Shown in pieces: positions 63,264 through 64,000 of a DNA stretch of 64,000 nucleotides. The translations under genes and the position numbers were made by a program. The DNA comes from Ginglymostoma cirratum (taxonomy: Eukaryota). The notes below the pieces were generated by a model. That model worked only from the letters and a program-made list of their open reading frames with translations, made no database searches and was not told the DNA's origin. Every line of letters begins with the position of its first letter. Positions within the stretch are counted from its first letter, which is position 1. Location: assembly GCA_024137785.1 (NCBI GenBank), contig JAHRHZ010000163.1, forward strand, positions 814,163 to 878,162. Reading direction: 5' to 3'.

Positions 63264-64000
63264 TTGTTGACTTTGTCGTGTTTTTTTTAATATTTGGGAG
63301 AACATGGAGATGGTTCTTCATGAAATCGATATTGGTCTATGATCCAAAAGGGCCTTTGCTGTGAATATATCACATACATCCACTTCACTTGATAAAGGAG
63401 CTGTACTCTGAAAGCTTGCGATTTCAGATAAACCTGTTGGTCTGTAACTTGGTGTCGTGTGACTTCTGACTTTACATCGCATTCGGAGGAAAATGAATCA
63501 AGTTTTAAACCATGTCTGCTCATGGTTAACTGGCTTCCTCACTGGTGATGATGAGCGCTATAGAAATGCAAGTATGTCTTCTTTAACTGTCCTTAAATGC
63601 AAGTACTCTGTCCACTGACGCTGGATAGTAGAAAGAATTTCTCGCTATCAGATTAATCAAACTGCACAGCCTCACCGCTACCCAACCCCAACGTTATAAT
63701 CAGCTCCAAAGTTGTCAGTTGATAGGTGGAAACATGGAAAGAAGACAAAACAGATAACCCAGTCTCCAGCTTCGTAAATCTTTCATCACACTTCGTGATT
63801 CAGACGCGGGGGAAAATAAAGGGTGAACTTTCTGATTTAGCAAAGCCAGTGTAGGCACCTTTCCCTTCTTTAAGGCGTGGGGATATTGACTCTGATATTC
63901 TCGGTGTCATTGCCTGATCTGAGACATTGAAATAATCGGAATTTAATATAAAGATCAGGAAAACAAATAGAATCTCGGCTCTGGCACGATCAGATACTTG

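Overview
Repeat-rich eukaryotic DNA, most likely from a cartilaginous fish (inferred from HE1-like and SacSINE1-like SINEs and shark-type CR1 and Penelope repeats), with two assembly gaps. I found no intact protein-coding gene. The window is a decayed, mosaic, segmentally duplicated tRNA cluster with more than 20 degenerate tRNA genes (Glu, Arg, Trp, Ile, Ser, Pro, Thr, Asn, iMet). It also holds a two-exon GPR139-like GPCR pseudogene (minus strand, ~11 kb intron), a C2H2 zinc-finger pseudogene, Neptune-type Penelope-like elements (PLEs), CR1/L2 LINE fragments, SINEs and solo LTRs. Three observations stand out. (1) Six tRNA-Pro copies (AGG-, TGG- and CGG-type) all carry a 13- or 18-nt insert at the canonical 37/38 intron position, with a purine at intron position -3. 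(2) PLE 3' ends carry minimal hammerhead-ribozyme cores, and short fold-back derivatives of them are inserted with 14-bp target-site duplications (TSDs). (3) There is a ~2.5 kb-arm inverted duplication of a tRNA module and an anonymous ~250-bp element in six copies. All comparisons were made by eye, so repeat boundaries are approximate.
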